The notes under the pieces are model-generated. The model was given only the letters and a program-made list of their open reading frames with translations, was not told where the DNA came from and did no database searches. A program made the translations under genes and the position numbers. A stretch of DNA of 64,000 nucleotides from the NCBI GenBank assembly GCA_964457905.1, contig CAYWGA010000003.1:684-64683 (forward strand), read 5' to 3'. Source of the DNA: an uncultured bacterium. Its GTDB lineage: Bacteria > Krumholzibacteriota > Krumholzibacteriia > Krumholzibacteriales > Krumholzibacteriaceae. Numbering within the stretch: the first letter of the stretch is position 1; every line of letters begins with the position of its first letter. Positions 9,208-18,643 of this stretch are shown here, piece after piece.

Positions 9208-12200
9208 ATGCCTGACGGCCCGCAAGGTAAAGAGAATTACGAATACGACAAGAACCAGCCGAGGCATAAGTTCAAGTCCACCGGCACGGAGGAAGAACTC
9301 GGCGACATGCATCTGTCGACCGAGAACTACTCCGTGGCGCTTGAGTATTATGACAAGGCCCTTCAGAAGGTCCAGACCGCTGGCAACGGTGCAAGCGATC
9401 TTGTCAGAGTCTATCGAAAAATAAGCGACTGTTACCGTAAAAAGGGACTACTGCGCGAAGCGATGTCTTTCCTCGACAGCGCCGCTACTCATTGTGAGGA
9501 AGAGGACCTTATAGGCAAGGGCACTATTGCGTGCCGGCGCGGGATAATCCTCTACGAACGCGGAGATGTCAAGCATGGTCTCAGGGAGGCCTGCTCAGCA
9601 TACAGGATCCTGCGCACGAGCGACGAGCACAGGGAAGTCGCTCATACGCAGCTTCTGATCGCGAACTGCTACGCCAGGCTGGGACGAAGCGACGAGGCTG
9701 AGCAGTATTTCCTCGACGCCCTGTCCTCTTACAGAAGGATAGGGGATACCGTCGGTGAGTCATACGTACTGAATAACCTCGGGCTGTTCCACAAGAACGC
9801 CTGCCGCTGGGGCAGGGCTCTCCAGTTTCTCGGCAGGGCGCTGGAGATCTGTGACGAAGTCGGCCTGACCCAGCACAGGGTCAGAGTGACGCTCAACATG
9901 GGCATCGTTCACCTGAAGAAACGTGACTTTGCCGGTGCCGAGAGCGCGTTCGTCTCCTCAAGGGATATGGCCAGGCGGATCGGCGACGATCTCAAGTACA
10001 CCAAGTCCACCCTTATGCTGGGCGTCAAGGAGACGAGAACGGGGAACCTGCTGGCTGCCGAGAAGCACCTTCTCGAGGCCCGGGTCACCGCCGAGCGGAG
10101 AAATTACCAGCGGGAGACAGCTCTTGCTGACGAGTTTATAGGCGACCTGATGTTCGAGAGAGGCGACCTTGAGGGCGCGCTCGAGAATTACACGATCGCC
10201 CTGAAGTCCGCTTCAAGGACAAATCCTCAGAGCGACGTTGTCGCCGAGGTGCAGCGCCGGATGATGAACGTCTACCTCGTCCAGAGAAAGGCCGAGGAAG
10301 CGCTTGCCATCGGCAGCCGCGCCATCGAGACGTGCCGGCGCAGCGGCGAGCTCCACGAGATCGGATACGTTGAGAGAATGATCGGCCAGGCTCTTGCCAT
10401 ACAGAAGAAAGAGACCGAGGCCGAGAAGAAGATAAACATGAGCATCAGGACCTTCCTGTCGGTCAACAACCCTTACGAAGCTCACAAGTCGGGGGTCATC
10501 CTCGGTGAGCAGCTGTTCCGCAGGGGAGACAGAAGGTCGGCAGTTATGGCGAGGAAACTCGTCGGTGAGACCGTTTCGTTCTTCGAAAGGAACGAGGAGT
10601 ACGCCGACCTGGCCGAGAGCCATTTCCTCCTCGCCAGGATCGAGGATATCCTCGGCAACAGGGACGAATGCCTGCTGCACCTTTTCGACGCGCAGCGGCT
10701 CGCGGAAGAACTTCACGACCGCAATCTCATCAGACGCCTGCGCCGGATGCGCAGGAAGATAGAGAGCGATGTGGCGGGACCGCACGGGGCGCCTGGCAAG
10801 GAATTCGGCCAGTCCGGTATGGACGGGACATTCCTGCAGGATCCCCAGTTGAAGTCGTATCTCGACTACATCCTCAGCGACCTGATGAGAAAGCTTTCCG
10901 CGGGTCATGGATTCGTCGCACTTACCGACGGTAATGGAAGCGAGCCGGTAGTGCTTGCCCGCCGCGGTATCGGTGACGTTGAGACGAAGGGGATCACCGA
11001 ATGGTTCCTCGCGAGGGACGAGGCTGATTCCACTGAGAAATTCCTCGTGACCGACACGGCCAATGATCGCCGGGTCAGGGAGATCTTCGGACAGCTTCCC
11101 GGTGGCGATTCTCCCGCATACTTCCATCCTCTCAGCAGGGGAGGGAGGAACTTCGGACTCCTGTTCTTCCAGTCGGAAGGGAACGAGGGAGCTCCGAGCG
11201 TCGGATCGATCTTCGAGATCGTTTCCACGTACGCCGGCTTTATCGACTTCCTCATCAGGGGATCGATCAAGGGCACCATGCCTCTGCCGGGCGGCAGCGC
11301 TGATGCTGACCACAGTTTCAGCGGGATCATAACGAGCGATGAGAAGATGCTCAGGATCCTCGAACTTGCCGGCAAAGTCGCTGTGAGTGACTCCACCGTT
11401 CTGCTCATGGGTGAGACGGGAACGGGCAAGGGCCTCGTGGCCCAGGCTATCCACGACATGAGCAAGAGGCGGGACAAGAAGTATATTCATGTTAACTGCG
11501 CCGCGCTTCCCGAGACCATTCTCGAGAGCGAACTTTTCGGTCACGTAAAGGGTTCCTTCACCGGGGCCATTTCGGACAAGAAGGGACTGCTCACTGAAGC
11601 GGACGGCGGAACGATATTCCTCGATGAGATCGGCAAGACTCCTCTTCCGATCCAGGGCAAGCTCCTTCAGTTCCTCGATACGAGGAAGGTCAGGCCTGTC
11701 GGCAGCAACGAGATGCAGGACGTCGATGTCAGGCTTATCTTCGCTTCCAAAGTCGACCTTCTGCAACTGTGCGGCGCCGGCCGGATGCTCGAGGACTTCT
11801 ACTACAGGATCAACGATTTTCCTTTGACGATTCCGCCTCTGCGCGAACGCAGCGGGGACATTCCTCTCCTGGCGAGCCACTACCTGCGGGCCGTCTGTTC
11901 CGCTATGGACAAGAAGATCATCGGGTTCAGCGACGACGCGGTCGAGTTTCTCAAGAGTTGTGACTGGCCTGGAAACGTCCGGGAACTCGGAAAGATCATC
12001 AAGCGCGCGGTCATACTGGCCGAGGACAACGGTGTGATCACTCCGCAACAGCTCGTCTTCGACCTTTCCGGTAACAGTTGCGAGACGATCGATTCGTCCG
12101 CATCCCTGCCGGACATGGTCAGGGAACTGGAGAGAAAGATCGTAGCGGAGGCTCTCGGCAGAAACGACTGGAACAGGAAGGCCGCCGCGGCCGACCTGGG

Positions 12201-12255
12201 CATCAGCTATCCTACTCTTCTCAAGAAGATCCGTGACTACGGACTCGTCGAGTAG
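9208..12255 (+). CDS. large TPR-repeat / GAF / sigma-54-interaction-domain transcriptional activator (enhancer-binding protein, 1015 aa)
   Basis: N-terminal TPR-like repeats, a central GAF-like region, GETGTGKG Walker A, GSFTGA motif, and a C-terminal Fis-type HTH. AAGGAG lies 7 nt upstream of the ATG. Confidence 0.8.
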   Translation: MPDGPQGKENYEYDKNQPRHKFKSTGTEEELGDMHLSTENYSVALEYYDKALQKVQTAGNGASDLVRVYRKISDCYRKKGLLREAMSFLDSAATHCEEEDLIGKGTIACRRGIILYERGDVKHGLREACSAYRILRTSDEHREVAHTQLLIANCYARLGRSDEAEQYFLDALSSYRRIGDTVGESYVLNNLGLFHKNACRWGRALQFLGRALEICDEVGLTQHRVRVTLNMGIVHLKKRDFAGAESAFVSSRDMARRIGDDLKYTKSTLMLGVKETRTGNLLAAEKHLLEARVTAERRNYQRETALADEFIGDLMFERGDLEGALENYTIALKSASRTNPQSDVVAEVQRRMMNVYLVQRKAEEALAIGSRAIETCRRSGELHEIGYVERMIGQALAIQKKETEAEKKINMSIRTFLSVNNPYEAHKSGVILGEQLFRRGDRRSAVMARKLVGETVSFFERNEEYADLAESHFLLARIEDILGNRDECLLHLFDAQRLAEELHDRNLIRRLRRMRRKIESDVAGPHGAPGKEFGQSGMDGTFLQDPQLKSYLDYILSDLMRKLSAGHGFVALTDGNGSEPVVLARRGIGDVETKGITEWFLARDEADSTEKFLVTDTANDRRVREIFGQLPGGDSPAYFHPLSRGGRNFGLLFFQSEGNEGAPSVGSIFEIVSTYAGFIDFLIRGSIKGTMPLPGGSADADHSFSGIITSDEKMLRILELAGKVAVSDSTVLLMGETGTGKGLVAQAIHDMSKRRDKKYIHVNCAALPETILESELFGHVKGSFTGAISDKKGLLTEADGGTIFLDEIGKTPLPIQGKLLQFLDTRKVRPVGSNEMQDVDVRLIFASKVDLLQLCGAGRMLEDFYYRINDFPLTIPPLRERSGDIPLLASHYLRAVCSAMDKKIIGFSDDAVEFLKSCDWPGNVRELGKIIKRAVILAEDNGVITPQQLVFDLSGNSCETIDSSASLPDMVRELERKIVAEALGRNDWNRKAAAADLGISYPTLLKKIRDYGLVE

Positions 12256-13240
12256 GGCTGCGACCTTTCCGATCTAATCCAGCCAATCAAACAACAGGGC
12301 GCTGAAGTAAGGGTGCATTTGGACCTTATTCATCTAAATTCAATATATTTCAATAAAATCAGGGAGTGGCACGGCCAGCACCGCGGTCATTCTGACGGAA
12401 TACCGGCATGGCCCGTTTTCAGGGGCAAGCTCGTTGTCTCTTCAATTTGTTCTCAGGCACAGCGTTACGACCGGACCGCGAGGTGTGTAAAGGGTCTTTA
12501 TTCTGAAATTCCGACGGTCACGGGACATAAGATTTAGCGCAAAAGTACTGCTCTGTAACATGTTGTATACAGGAGAGTTAGGCCATATCTACGTCCGGCT
12601 GCCGATCTGCGGTTTTGGAACGATGCTTGCCCTTTGATATAACCGGTATCGGTTGGCGAATGGGAAGTGGCAAAACCGGAGAGACGTAGAGATTTCGATC
12701 CCATAAGCTCTCTTATGAAGCTTGAAATAGGGTACAGGTGGGGTCTCTAGGGAATGAAATCTCAAACATCTCTCCGGTAATTTTTTATCCAAAAAAACAC
12801 CCGTAAAACACCTCATTATATAAATTAAACTTGACTCTGAGTGACCCAAATCATTTATACTTAGTATTGTCAGGGGTGTGAGATACCTAAGGAATGGCGA
12901 GATCCATAGGAATGCGAGTATGGACATCCCCTCCGGTGCTCGCGTCTCGTGCCCCTGGCGTTTTTGTATCCGCTCCAGGATCCCCTCACAGACCATCCCG
13001 AACCAGGACTGACTCCTGACACCTGGCCCTGGAAGAGCTTGAGCGCCTTTTATGATTCTGTCCTGTTTCGGGGACGAAGGTGTGGAATAGATACGACAAT
13101 TGACAGGCCTCACAGACATCCCCGGAAGCCCTGGTCCGCAGTCCCTCTGATCTTAGACTGATTTTTAACAACTTGCCGAATAACACTTTCCAAAATTCAA
13201 ACGGTCAATTTCGAACCGCTTTTTGAGCTTCATAAAAGCG

Positions 13241-13256
13241 TGGCACGGCAGTTGCG
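13241..13256 (+). promoter_or_regulatory. sigma-54 (RpoN) promoter, TGGCAC-N5-TTGCG
   Basis: Near-consensus -24/-12 elements, TGGCACggcagTTGCG. The predicted transcription start is about 13267, 3 nt before the ATG of the lipoprotein gene. Confidence 0.5.
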
Positions 13257-13269
13257 TTTACATGTCAAC

Positions 13270-14259
13270 ATGATGAGAGCAGGTAAGGCACATAAAGCAT
13301 CAAAAGTATTGGCTACGATCCTTATCGCTGGTTTTTTGTTCATATCCTCCTGCGCGGAGGATCAGATCGTTGAAGTGCCGGTGGAGGTCCCAGCGGATTG
13401 TCCTCCATCGGCACCTCGCGGTGTCTACGCAGTCAATCTTGATGGCTACGTATTGATCTGCTGGTATCCGAACCCCGAGGACGACATCGTGGGTTATGAC
13501 ATATGGAAGAACGACGAAGCTTATGGAACTTATGAATGGATCGGCGACGTAGACACTGAGTCTCCGGAGCCTTACGAATATTGTTTTGATTACGACATGC
13601 CGAACGGTACTCAGTCCTATTACGCGGTGACCGCATATGACAGTAACGACCAGATAAGTGACCTGAGCTACGAAGTGATAAGCGCAACGCCGAGGCCCGA
13701 AGGATTCATGGCTCTTTACGATGAGGCGGTGCACTCCGATTCCTGCGGCTATGATTTCTCTTCACAGAGCAACATAGCTCAGGACTGCACACTGCCTTCG
13801 ACCGACATAGTGTTCGATACGACAGGCGGAGTGAACACATTCACGGTCAATATGCCGAGCGTGATGATCCAGGATTACGGATATACTTACAGTTTCGACG
13901 ATATCAATTACGCGCCCGAACTGGGATGGTCCGATGCGGGCATGGTAGAAGTAATAGAGAGTCACTGCTATTTGATGAGGCTCGGCGAGGCTGACGGCCA
14001 GCACTACGTGAAACTCTGGATCTACAGTGTCGGCGATGGTGCAGTCGATTTCTGGTGGGCATATCAGACCGATCCTTACAACCCGGACCTGATGCCCGGA
14101 CAGCCCGAAAGCAGCACAACGATTACATCCGGTTCCGAAACAACCGGTGGAATAAAGATTATGAATGGTTTTCCGAATGGTCGACGAGTCGTCCCGACGT
14201 CAAACTCGGGCAAACAGGACGAAGATAGAATCCTGCAGCGGCAGAACACCTTACCTTAA
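13270..14259 (+). CDS. lipoprotein with Fn3-like W-Y-P-N-P-E region, hypothetical
   Basis: MMRAGKAHKASKVLATILIAGFLFISSC is a lipoprotein signal ending in a lipobox Cys. The ORF track's GTG start at 13240 lies inside the sigma-54 -24 element and is therefore rejected. Confidence 0.55.
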   Translation: MMRAGKAHKASKVLATILIAGFLFISSCAEDQIVEVPVEVPADCPPSAPRGVYAVNLDGYVLICWYPNPEDDIVGYDIWKNDEAYGTYEWIGDVDTESPEPYEYCFDYDMPNGTQSYYAVTAYDSNDQISDLSYEVISATPRPEGFMALYDEAVHSDSCGYDFSSQSNIAQDCTLPSTDIVFDTTGGVNTFTVNMPSVMIQDYGYTYSFDDINYAPELGWSDAGMVEVIESHCYLMRLGEADGQHYVKLWIYSVGDGAVDFWWAYQTDPYNPDLMPGQPESSTTITSGSETTGGIKIMNGFPNGRRVVPTSNSGKQDEDRILQRQNTLP

Positions 14260-14303
14260 GCTGGCACTTAAATAAGGTTCCGTTACCCGGAAGGTCGACC
14301 GAA

Positions 14304-14372
14304 GGGGAGAGTGAAGAAAGCGATTGCTGAACAGGGGCGGCAAGAGATCTTCACTCTCCCCGACTTTTTTCT
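14304..14372 (+). terminator. rho-independent terminator (14-bp perfect stem GGGGAGAGTGAAGA/TCTTCACTCTCCCC plus T-run)
   Basis: Inverted repeat at 14304-14317 and 14348-14361, followed by GACTTTTTTCTC. Confidence 0.7.
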
Positions 14373-14424
14373 CATACCTCATTTGGCTTGATGAGTCCCG
14401 GACATAACCTTATTATTCATCGTC

Positions 14425-17400
14425 ATGCGTATACCTGCATTATTGATAAGGATATTCATCGCCGCTTTCGCAGCGGCCGCTTTCTCAGGTACCGTCACGG
14501 CCGCACAGGACGTGAACGATATCCCTGCGATGCCTAAGGGGAGGCCTGCCGGCATTTATCAGCAGGAGGCGCTCTCAGGACTGCTCGCGGGAAGCTTCGA
14601 CACACCTGACACCCTCCGGCTGCTCGTGATAAGGGTTTCCTTCTCCGATATGGATTTCACTTCCCCTCCGCATGATTCGCTCTATTTTGCCAACGAGATG
14701 AGGCATACCTGGGAATACTTCAGGGGAGCCTCAGTCGGCGCGTTCGGCCTCGGATGGGAGATCGCTGCCGGAGTGACCACGCTCAGCTTCGATGCGGCCT
14801 ACTACGGCCAGGACGATATCTGGGAGGAGAGGGTTGCGGAGATATTGATGGAAGCGGTCGCGAAGAATGACGACGAGATCGATTTCTCTCTCTTTGACGC
14901 TTTCGCTCTGATCCATCCGGGAGCGGGGCAGGAGACGGATTTCTCAGGCGATTCCCCGTGGCAGCTCTGGTCCGGATTTATCGACCCTGTCGAGATGGAG
15001 GCTGTTCTTGCCGATACCCTGGGAACGCCCGGGGTCCCCACGAACGACCTGGTGGCGGGAGACACCTTCTACGTAGATAACGTCATGGTCCTGCCGGAGA
15101 ACTCATCTCAGGACGGACTCGTATTCGGGTCCCTCGGTATTTATGCCTACCAGGTCGGGATGAGGCTCGGGATGATCCCGATGTACGACACGACTCCTTC
15201 GGGCTATCCCGATTCCCAGGGGATAGGGGCGTTCGGCCTTATGGGCTACGGCCTCTACAACGCTTCAGGTTTCATACCGGCATTTCCATGCGCTTTTCAC
15301 AGATACCTGATGGGGTGGATCGAGTCCGTACCGATCGAGTATGCCGGCCCGATCGATCTCAGAGACATCAATTCATACATTCCGTCGGATACTTCTCTGG
15401 CAAGGATCGAGATAAATCCTACCGAATACTTTCTGATATCCAACAGGGTGCACGACGGGAACATGAACGGCCGGTTCGATTTCGGCGACGTTAACAGCGA
15501 TGGTATCCCTGCCAATGAAGATACTCTCCTCGGCGCCGAGTTCGATTTCTTCCTCACCGCTACCACGAATCCGTTCGATTACGTGGATGTCGGCGGCGAA
15601 CAGGTCAAGATCGTCGATACGGGCAGCGGTATAATAATCTGGCACATAGACGAGACTATAATAAGGAACCAGCTGAGCATCGGCCGATATCCCAACGACA
15701 ATCCCGGCATCAGCGGCGTGGACCTCGAGGAGGCCGACGGCGTGCAGGACCTCGACAAGCCCGGCGGAAGCCATGCCTTCGGCAGCTGGGGCGATTCATA
15801 CAGGGCGGGGTGGTACGACGGATTCGGGCCGGAGACGATGCCGGCGAGTTTCGCAAATACCGGGACACCCACCGGAGTGGGCATAACTGCCCTTTCCGTT
15901 CCGGGTCCGGTGATGAGTATCTCGGTTTACCTGGGCGAGGATCTTCCCCGCGTGACGGGGGAGATCGACGGGACCGTGATGGGGCTTCCGCCGATCGTCG
16001 TGAACCTCGATACTGACCCGGAAGAGGAACTGATCCAGGCCGCCGACACGGGGAAGATATACATAGCATGGGATGCCGGCGTGGAGTCGTGGGATGGCTC
16101 GTTTGATCTTGCTGTCGATATACCGGGAGCTGTCTGGTCGGGGGCGCCGATAGCAGCGGACCTCGATGGAACGCCTCCGATGGAGATACTGGCCGGGTCC
16201 AGTGACGGAAGGATACACGCGTACAGGACAGACGGCACGCCTTATCCGATCGATACCGATGAGTCAACAGGATCACTGGATGTAAAAGGAAATATCGTGA
16301 GCATGCCGATGGCTTTCGAGGCGGATGGAGACCCCGGGCTCGAAACTGTGTTTCTCGTTTCAGACGGAGACACGTCATGGATGTATATCGTCGGCCATGC
16401 TCACGCGAATGATCTGGACGGAGGATTCATCACCGGCAACGGGGTCTTCGGTATTGTCATCACTTCAGGCAGGGTGATCGCTCATCCGGTCCTCTGCGTC
16501 GACGACAGCAATCCGGATGCCGGCGGATTCTGCACCGCCGCAAGCGGCCCTGACGGGTATATGAGATTCATACATATCGAGCTTTCACACGATTCCCCCG
16601 GACTGGCCGTGACCTCCTGGAGCATGGAGGGGAGTTACGAGCCGGAGGATCTGATCCTTCCCGCAGCCGGCGATATAGACGGCAACGGCACCGATGACAT
16701 GGTCCTGGCGATTCCGGGCGGAGACATCGTCTATTTTGATATCAACAGGGGCGCTGAGGCGTCAGCTCTCGATCTGGTACGGCCATCACCGCCTTCGCTG
16801 GCCGATATAGACGGGGACGGTATCCTTGAGACGATGATCCGCGGCCGTGAGGGGCTGTTCCTCCTTACAGGTTTCGGAACGACCGTATCGGGATGGCCGG
16901 TAGGACTCGAAGAATATCTTGTCGTGCTCGAACCGGACACGACGCCCGCCCAGCCTGCGGCTGCCGACGTGGATGGAGATGGAGATCTCGAGGCGGTCTT
17001 CAACGTCGCCGGAGAGCTGCGTGCATACAGTTTCGATGCCAGGCTCGAGGATGGGTGGCCGCTGCGGGGCGAAGGCGATAATTCGATTACGCCCGCTTTT
17101 TCATCGGGCGCCGGTTCAAAGATGTTCATATATACTTCCGGTGGATCCGGCGGGATAGCGGGGCCTAACCAGACAGGGACTGTCTTCTTCCCCGGGGTCT
17201 CTACAGTGTCGCGTATCGATCCCGGAACTTCGTGGGACGGTACGGGGGCATGGCCGGCATACCGCATGGATCCCCTCGGCACATCGAGGCAACTTAAGCC
17301 GGGCGGCGATAACACCGCAGGCCCGCTTGTCGATGAGAATTCGATGATATGTTATCCAAATCCTGCGACAGGGTCCTCCTTCAATCTGCGTTTGACTGTT

Positions 17401-17616
17401 TCAGGCATGGCCGATGTGACTGTAAGGCTCTTCAACCTTGAGGGTGCCGAGGTCTATTCCTCCAGCTCGAAACATGAGTGGTCAGGAGGCAGCGTGCCGT
17501 TCGAGACCAGCGTGCCGACAGAAGGCCTAGCGAGCGGAATATATCTCGTACATATAAGTGTGAAGGGCGAGGGAGAGGACTGGAGCGGTTCGAGAAAGGT
17601 CGCGATACTCAAGTAA
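14425..17616 (+). CDS. large secreted FG-GAP/VCBS-repeat protein with T9SS C-terminal sorting domain
   Basis: Signal peptide. Several DxDGDGxxE/D calcium-binding FG-GAP-like repeats (DIDGDGILE, DVDGDGDLE, DIDGNGTDD). The C-terminus is a T9SS CTD (ICYPNPATG ... SGIYLVHI). Confidence 0.7.
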   Translation: MRIPALLIRIFIAAFAAAAFSGTVTAAQDVNDIPAMPKGRPAGIYQQEALSGLLAGSFDTPDTLRLLVIRVSFSDMDFTSPPHDSLYFANEMRHTWEYFRGASVGAFGLGWEIAAGVTTLSFDAAYYGQDDIWEERVAEILMEAVAKNDDEIDFSLFDAFALIHPGAGQETDFSGDSPWQLWSGFIDPVEMEAVLADTLGTPGVPTNDLVAGDTFYVDNVMVLPENSSQDGLVFGSLGIYAYQVGMRLGMIPMYDTTPSGYPDSQGIGAFGLMGYGLYNASGFIPAFPCAFHRYLMGWIESVPIEYAGPIDLRDINSYIPSDTSLARIEINPTEYFLISNRVHDGNMNGRFDFGDVNSDGIPANEDTLLGAEFDFFLTATTNPFDYVDVGGEQVKIVDTGSGIIIWHIDETIIRNQLSIGRYPNDNPGISGVDLEEADGVQDLDKPGGSHAFGSWGDSYRAGWYDGFGPETMPASFANTGTPTGVGITALSVPGPVMSISVYLGEDLPRVTGEIDGTVMGLPPIVVNLDTDPEEELIQAADTGKIYIAWDAGVESWDGSFDLAVDIPGAVWSGAPIAADLDGTPPMEILAGSSDGRIHAYRTDGTPYPIDTDESTGSLDVKGNIVSMPMAFEADGDPGLETVFLVSDGDTSWMYIVGHAHANDLDGGFITGNGVFGIVITSGRVIAHPVLCVDDSNPDAGGFCTAASGPDGYMRFIHIELSHDSPGLAVTSWSMEGSYEPEDLILPAAGDIDGNGTDDMVLAIPGGDIVYFDINRGAEASALDLVRPSPPSLADIDGDGILETMIRGREGLFLLTGFGTTVSGWPVGLEEYLVVLEPDTTPAQPAAADVDGDGDLEAVFNVAGELRAYSFDARLEDGWPLRGEGDNSITPAFSSGAGSKMFIYTSGGSGGIAGPNQTGTVFFPGVSTVSRIDPGTSWDGTGAWPAYRMDPLGTSRQLKPGGDNTAGPLVDENSMICYPNPATGSSFNLRLTVSGMADVTVRLFNLEGAEVYSSSSKHEWSGGSVPFETSVPTEGLASGIYLVHISVKGEGEDWSGSRKVAILK

Positions 17617-17664
17617 ATACTGATATCGGAGGATTTACGGCACGGGCGCCTTGTTGCGTTGATG

Positions 17665-17693
17665 TTGACCCGGGCGGCTTTATTTACTACAAT
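17665..17693 (+). promoter_or_regulatory. sigma-70-like promoter TTGACC-N17-TACAAT upstream of the PorV/PorQ-like gene
   Basis: The -35 and -10 hexamers have 17-nt spacing. The promoter lies after the preceding gene's stop. Confidence 0.35.
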
Positions 17694-17722
17694 ATATGGA
17701 GATGGCTATGAATGGAGGAAAG

Positions 17723-18643
17723 ATGTTCCGCAAGTCAGTATTACTGGCCGCAGCACTTTTAATATCGATGACGGTCTTTGCCTCGGCGGGAGAGCCGGGC
17801 TCTTCCGGTTTCACATTTCTCAGGCTGGGAAACGGAGCGAGAGCTGGAGGTATGGGTGAAGCATTCACCGCCGTCGCCGACGACGCGACCAGTATCTACT
17901 ACAACCCAGCGGGAATGGCGGCTGTCGAGGAAGTAGAGCTCACCCTGACCCATACCGAATGGCTGATGGACATAAGGTTCGAGCAGGCAACCGTAGCGAA
18001 CGAGATGTGGGGCGGGGTAGGGGGGCTGAGCTTTACGGGCCTCTATTACGGCAGCATGGACAGGTACGGCGAGTACCCGTCTCTTACTCCGGACGGGACC
18101 TTCTCTCCATACGATATGGCGCTGTCACTCGGATACGCGAGGGATATCATCCCCAACGTCGCCATCGGAGCGGCATTCAAGATGATCTATTCGAAGATCG
18201 ATTTCGAATCGGCCACCGGATATGCTTTTGACCTCGGTGTAACCCACAGGTCGAAGATCGAGGGCCTTATCATCGCCGCGTCGATGCTGAACCTCGGGCC
18301 CCAGACCAGTTTTGTGGAAGAGAAGTTCTATCCTCCCTTCCAGCTGAGGCTCGGCGGCGCTTATGAGATCAGGAAAGAGGCTCTGCGCGGCGGGATCATC
18401 CTGGCCGCGGACGTGATCTTCCCCAACGATAACGATACCAAGACACATTTCGGCCTCGAGTACGCCTACGAGAAGATGCTTATGGTGAGGTTAGGCTACA
18501 AGGCCGGGTATGACGTCCAGGGCGCTACGATGGGAGCCGGTATCGCGTGGAAGAGCCTGAGGTTCGATTACGCTTACATGCCGGTCGATTTCGAGCTGGG
18601 CGACGCTCACAGGTTCTCTCTGACCGTGTCACCTTCGCTCTGA
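17723..18643 (+). CDS. FadL/OmpP1-like small outer-membrane beta-barrel, PorV/PorQ family (T9SS-associated)
   Basis: Signal peptide MFRKSVLLAAALLISMTVFASA. The N-terminal GxGARAGGMGEAFTAVADDATSIYYNPAG matches the FadL/PorV family signature. The gene lies immediately downstream of T9SS cargo. The start is chosen downstream of the promoter. Confidence 0.55.
   Translation: MFRKSVLLAAALLISMTVFASAGEPGSSGFTFLRLGNGARAGGMGEAFTAVADDATSIYYNPAGMAAVEEVELTLTHTEWLMDIRFEQATVANEMWGGVGGLSFTGLYYGSMDRYGEYPSLTPDGTFSPYDMALSLGYARDIIPNVAIGAAFKMIYSKIDFESATGYAFDLGVTHRSKIEGLIIAASMLNLGPQTSFVEEKFYPPFQLRLGGAYEIRKEALRGGIILAADVIFPNDNDTKTHFGLEYAYEKMLMVRLGYKAGYDVQGATMGAGIAWKSLRFDYAYMPVDFELGDAHRFSLTVSPSL

Noticed and set aside
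10213-12048. 611-aa ORF on the minus strand
   Set aside because: It lies entirely antisense to the well-supported sigma-54 activator gene. It is a typical high-GC shadow ORF with no recognisable domains and a low-complexity R/P/A-rich translation.
12589-13119. 176-aa minus-strand ORF (and a 70-aa + ORF) inside the 1 kb gap
   Set aside because: AT-rich composition with atypical codon usage for this genome, no start-site signals and no domain-like sequence. It was treated as non-coding.
13240-13269. GTG start of the lipoprotein ORF given by the ORF track
   Set aside because: The GTG is part of the TGGCAC -24 element of the sigma-54 promoter. The downstream ATG at 13270 yields a canonical lipoprotein signal peptide.
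14261-14280. TGGCAC hexamer after the lipoprotein gene
   Set aside because: It matches the sigma-54 -24 box, but no GC is present at the required +10 spacing (TGGCAC-TTAAA-TAAGG). It lies inside the terminator region.
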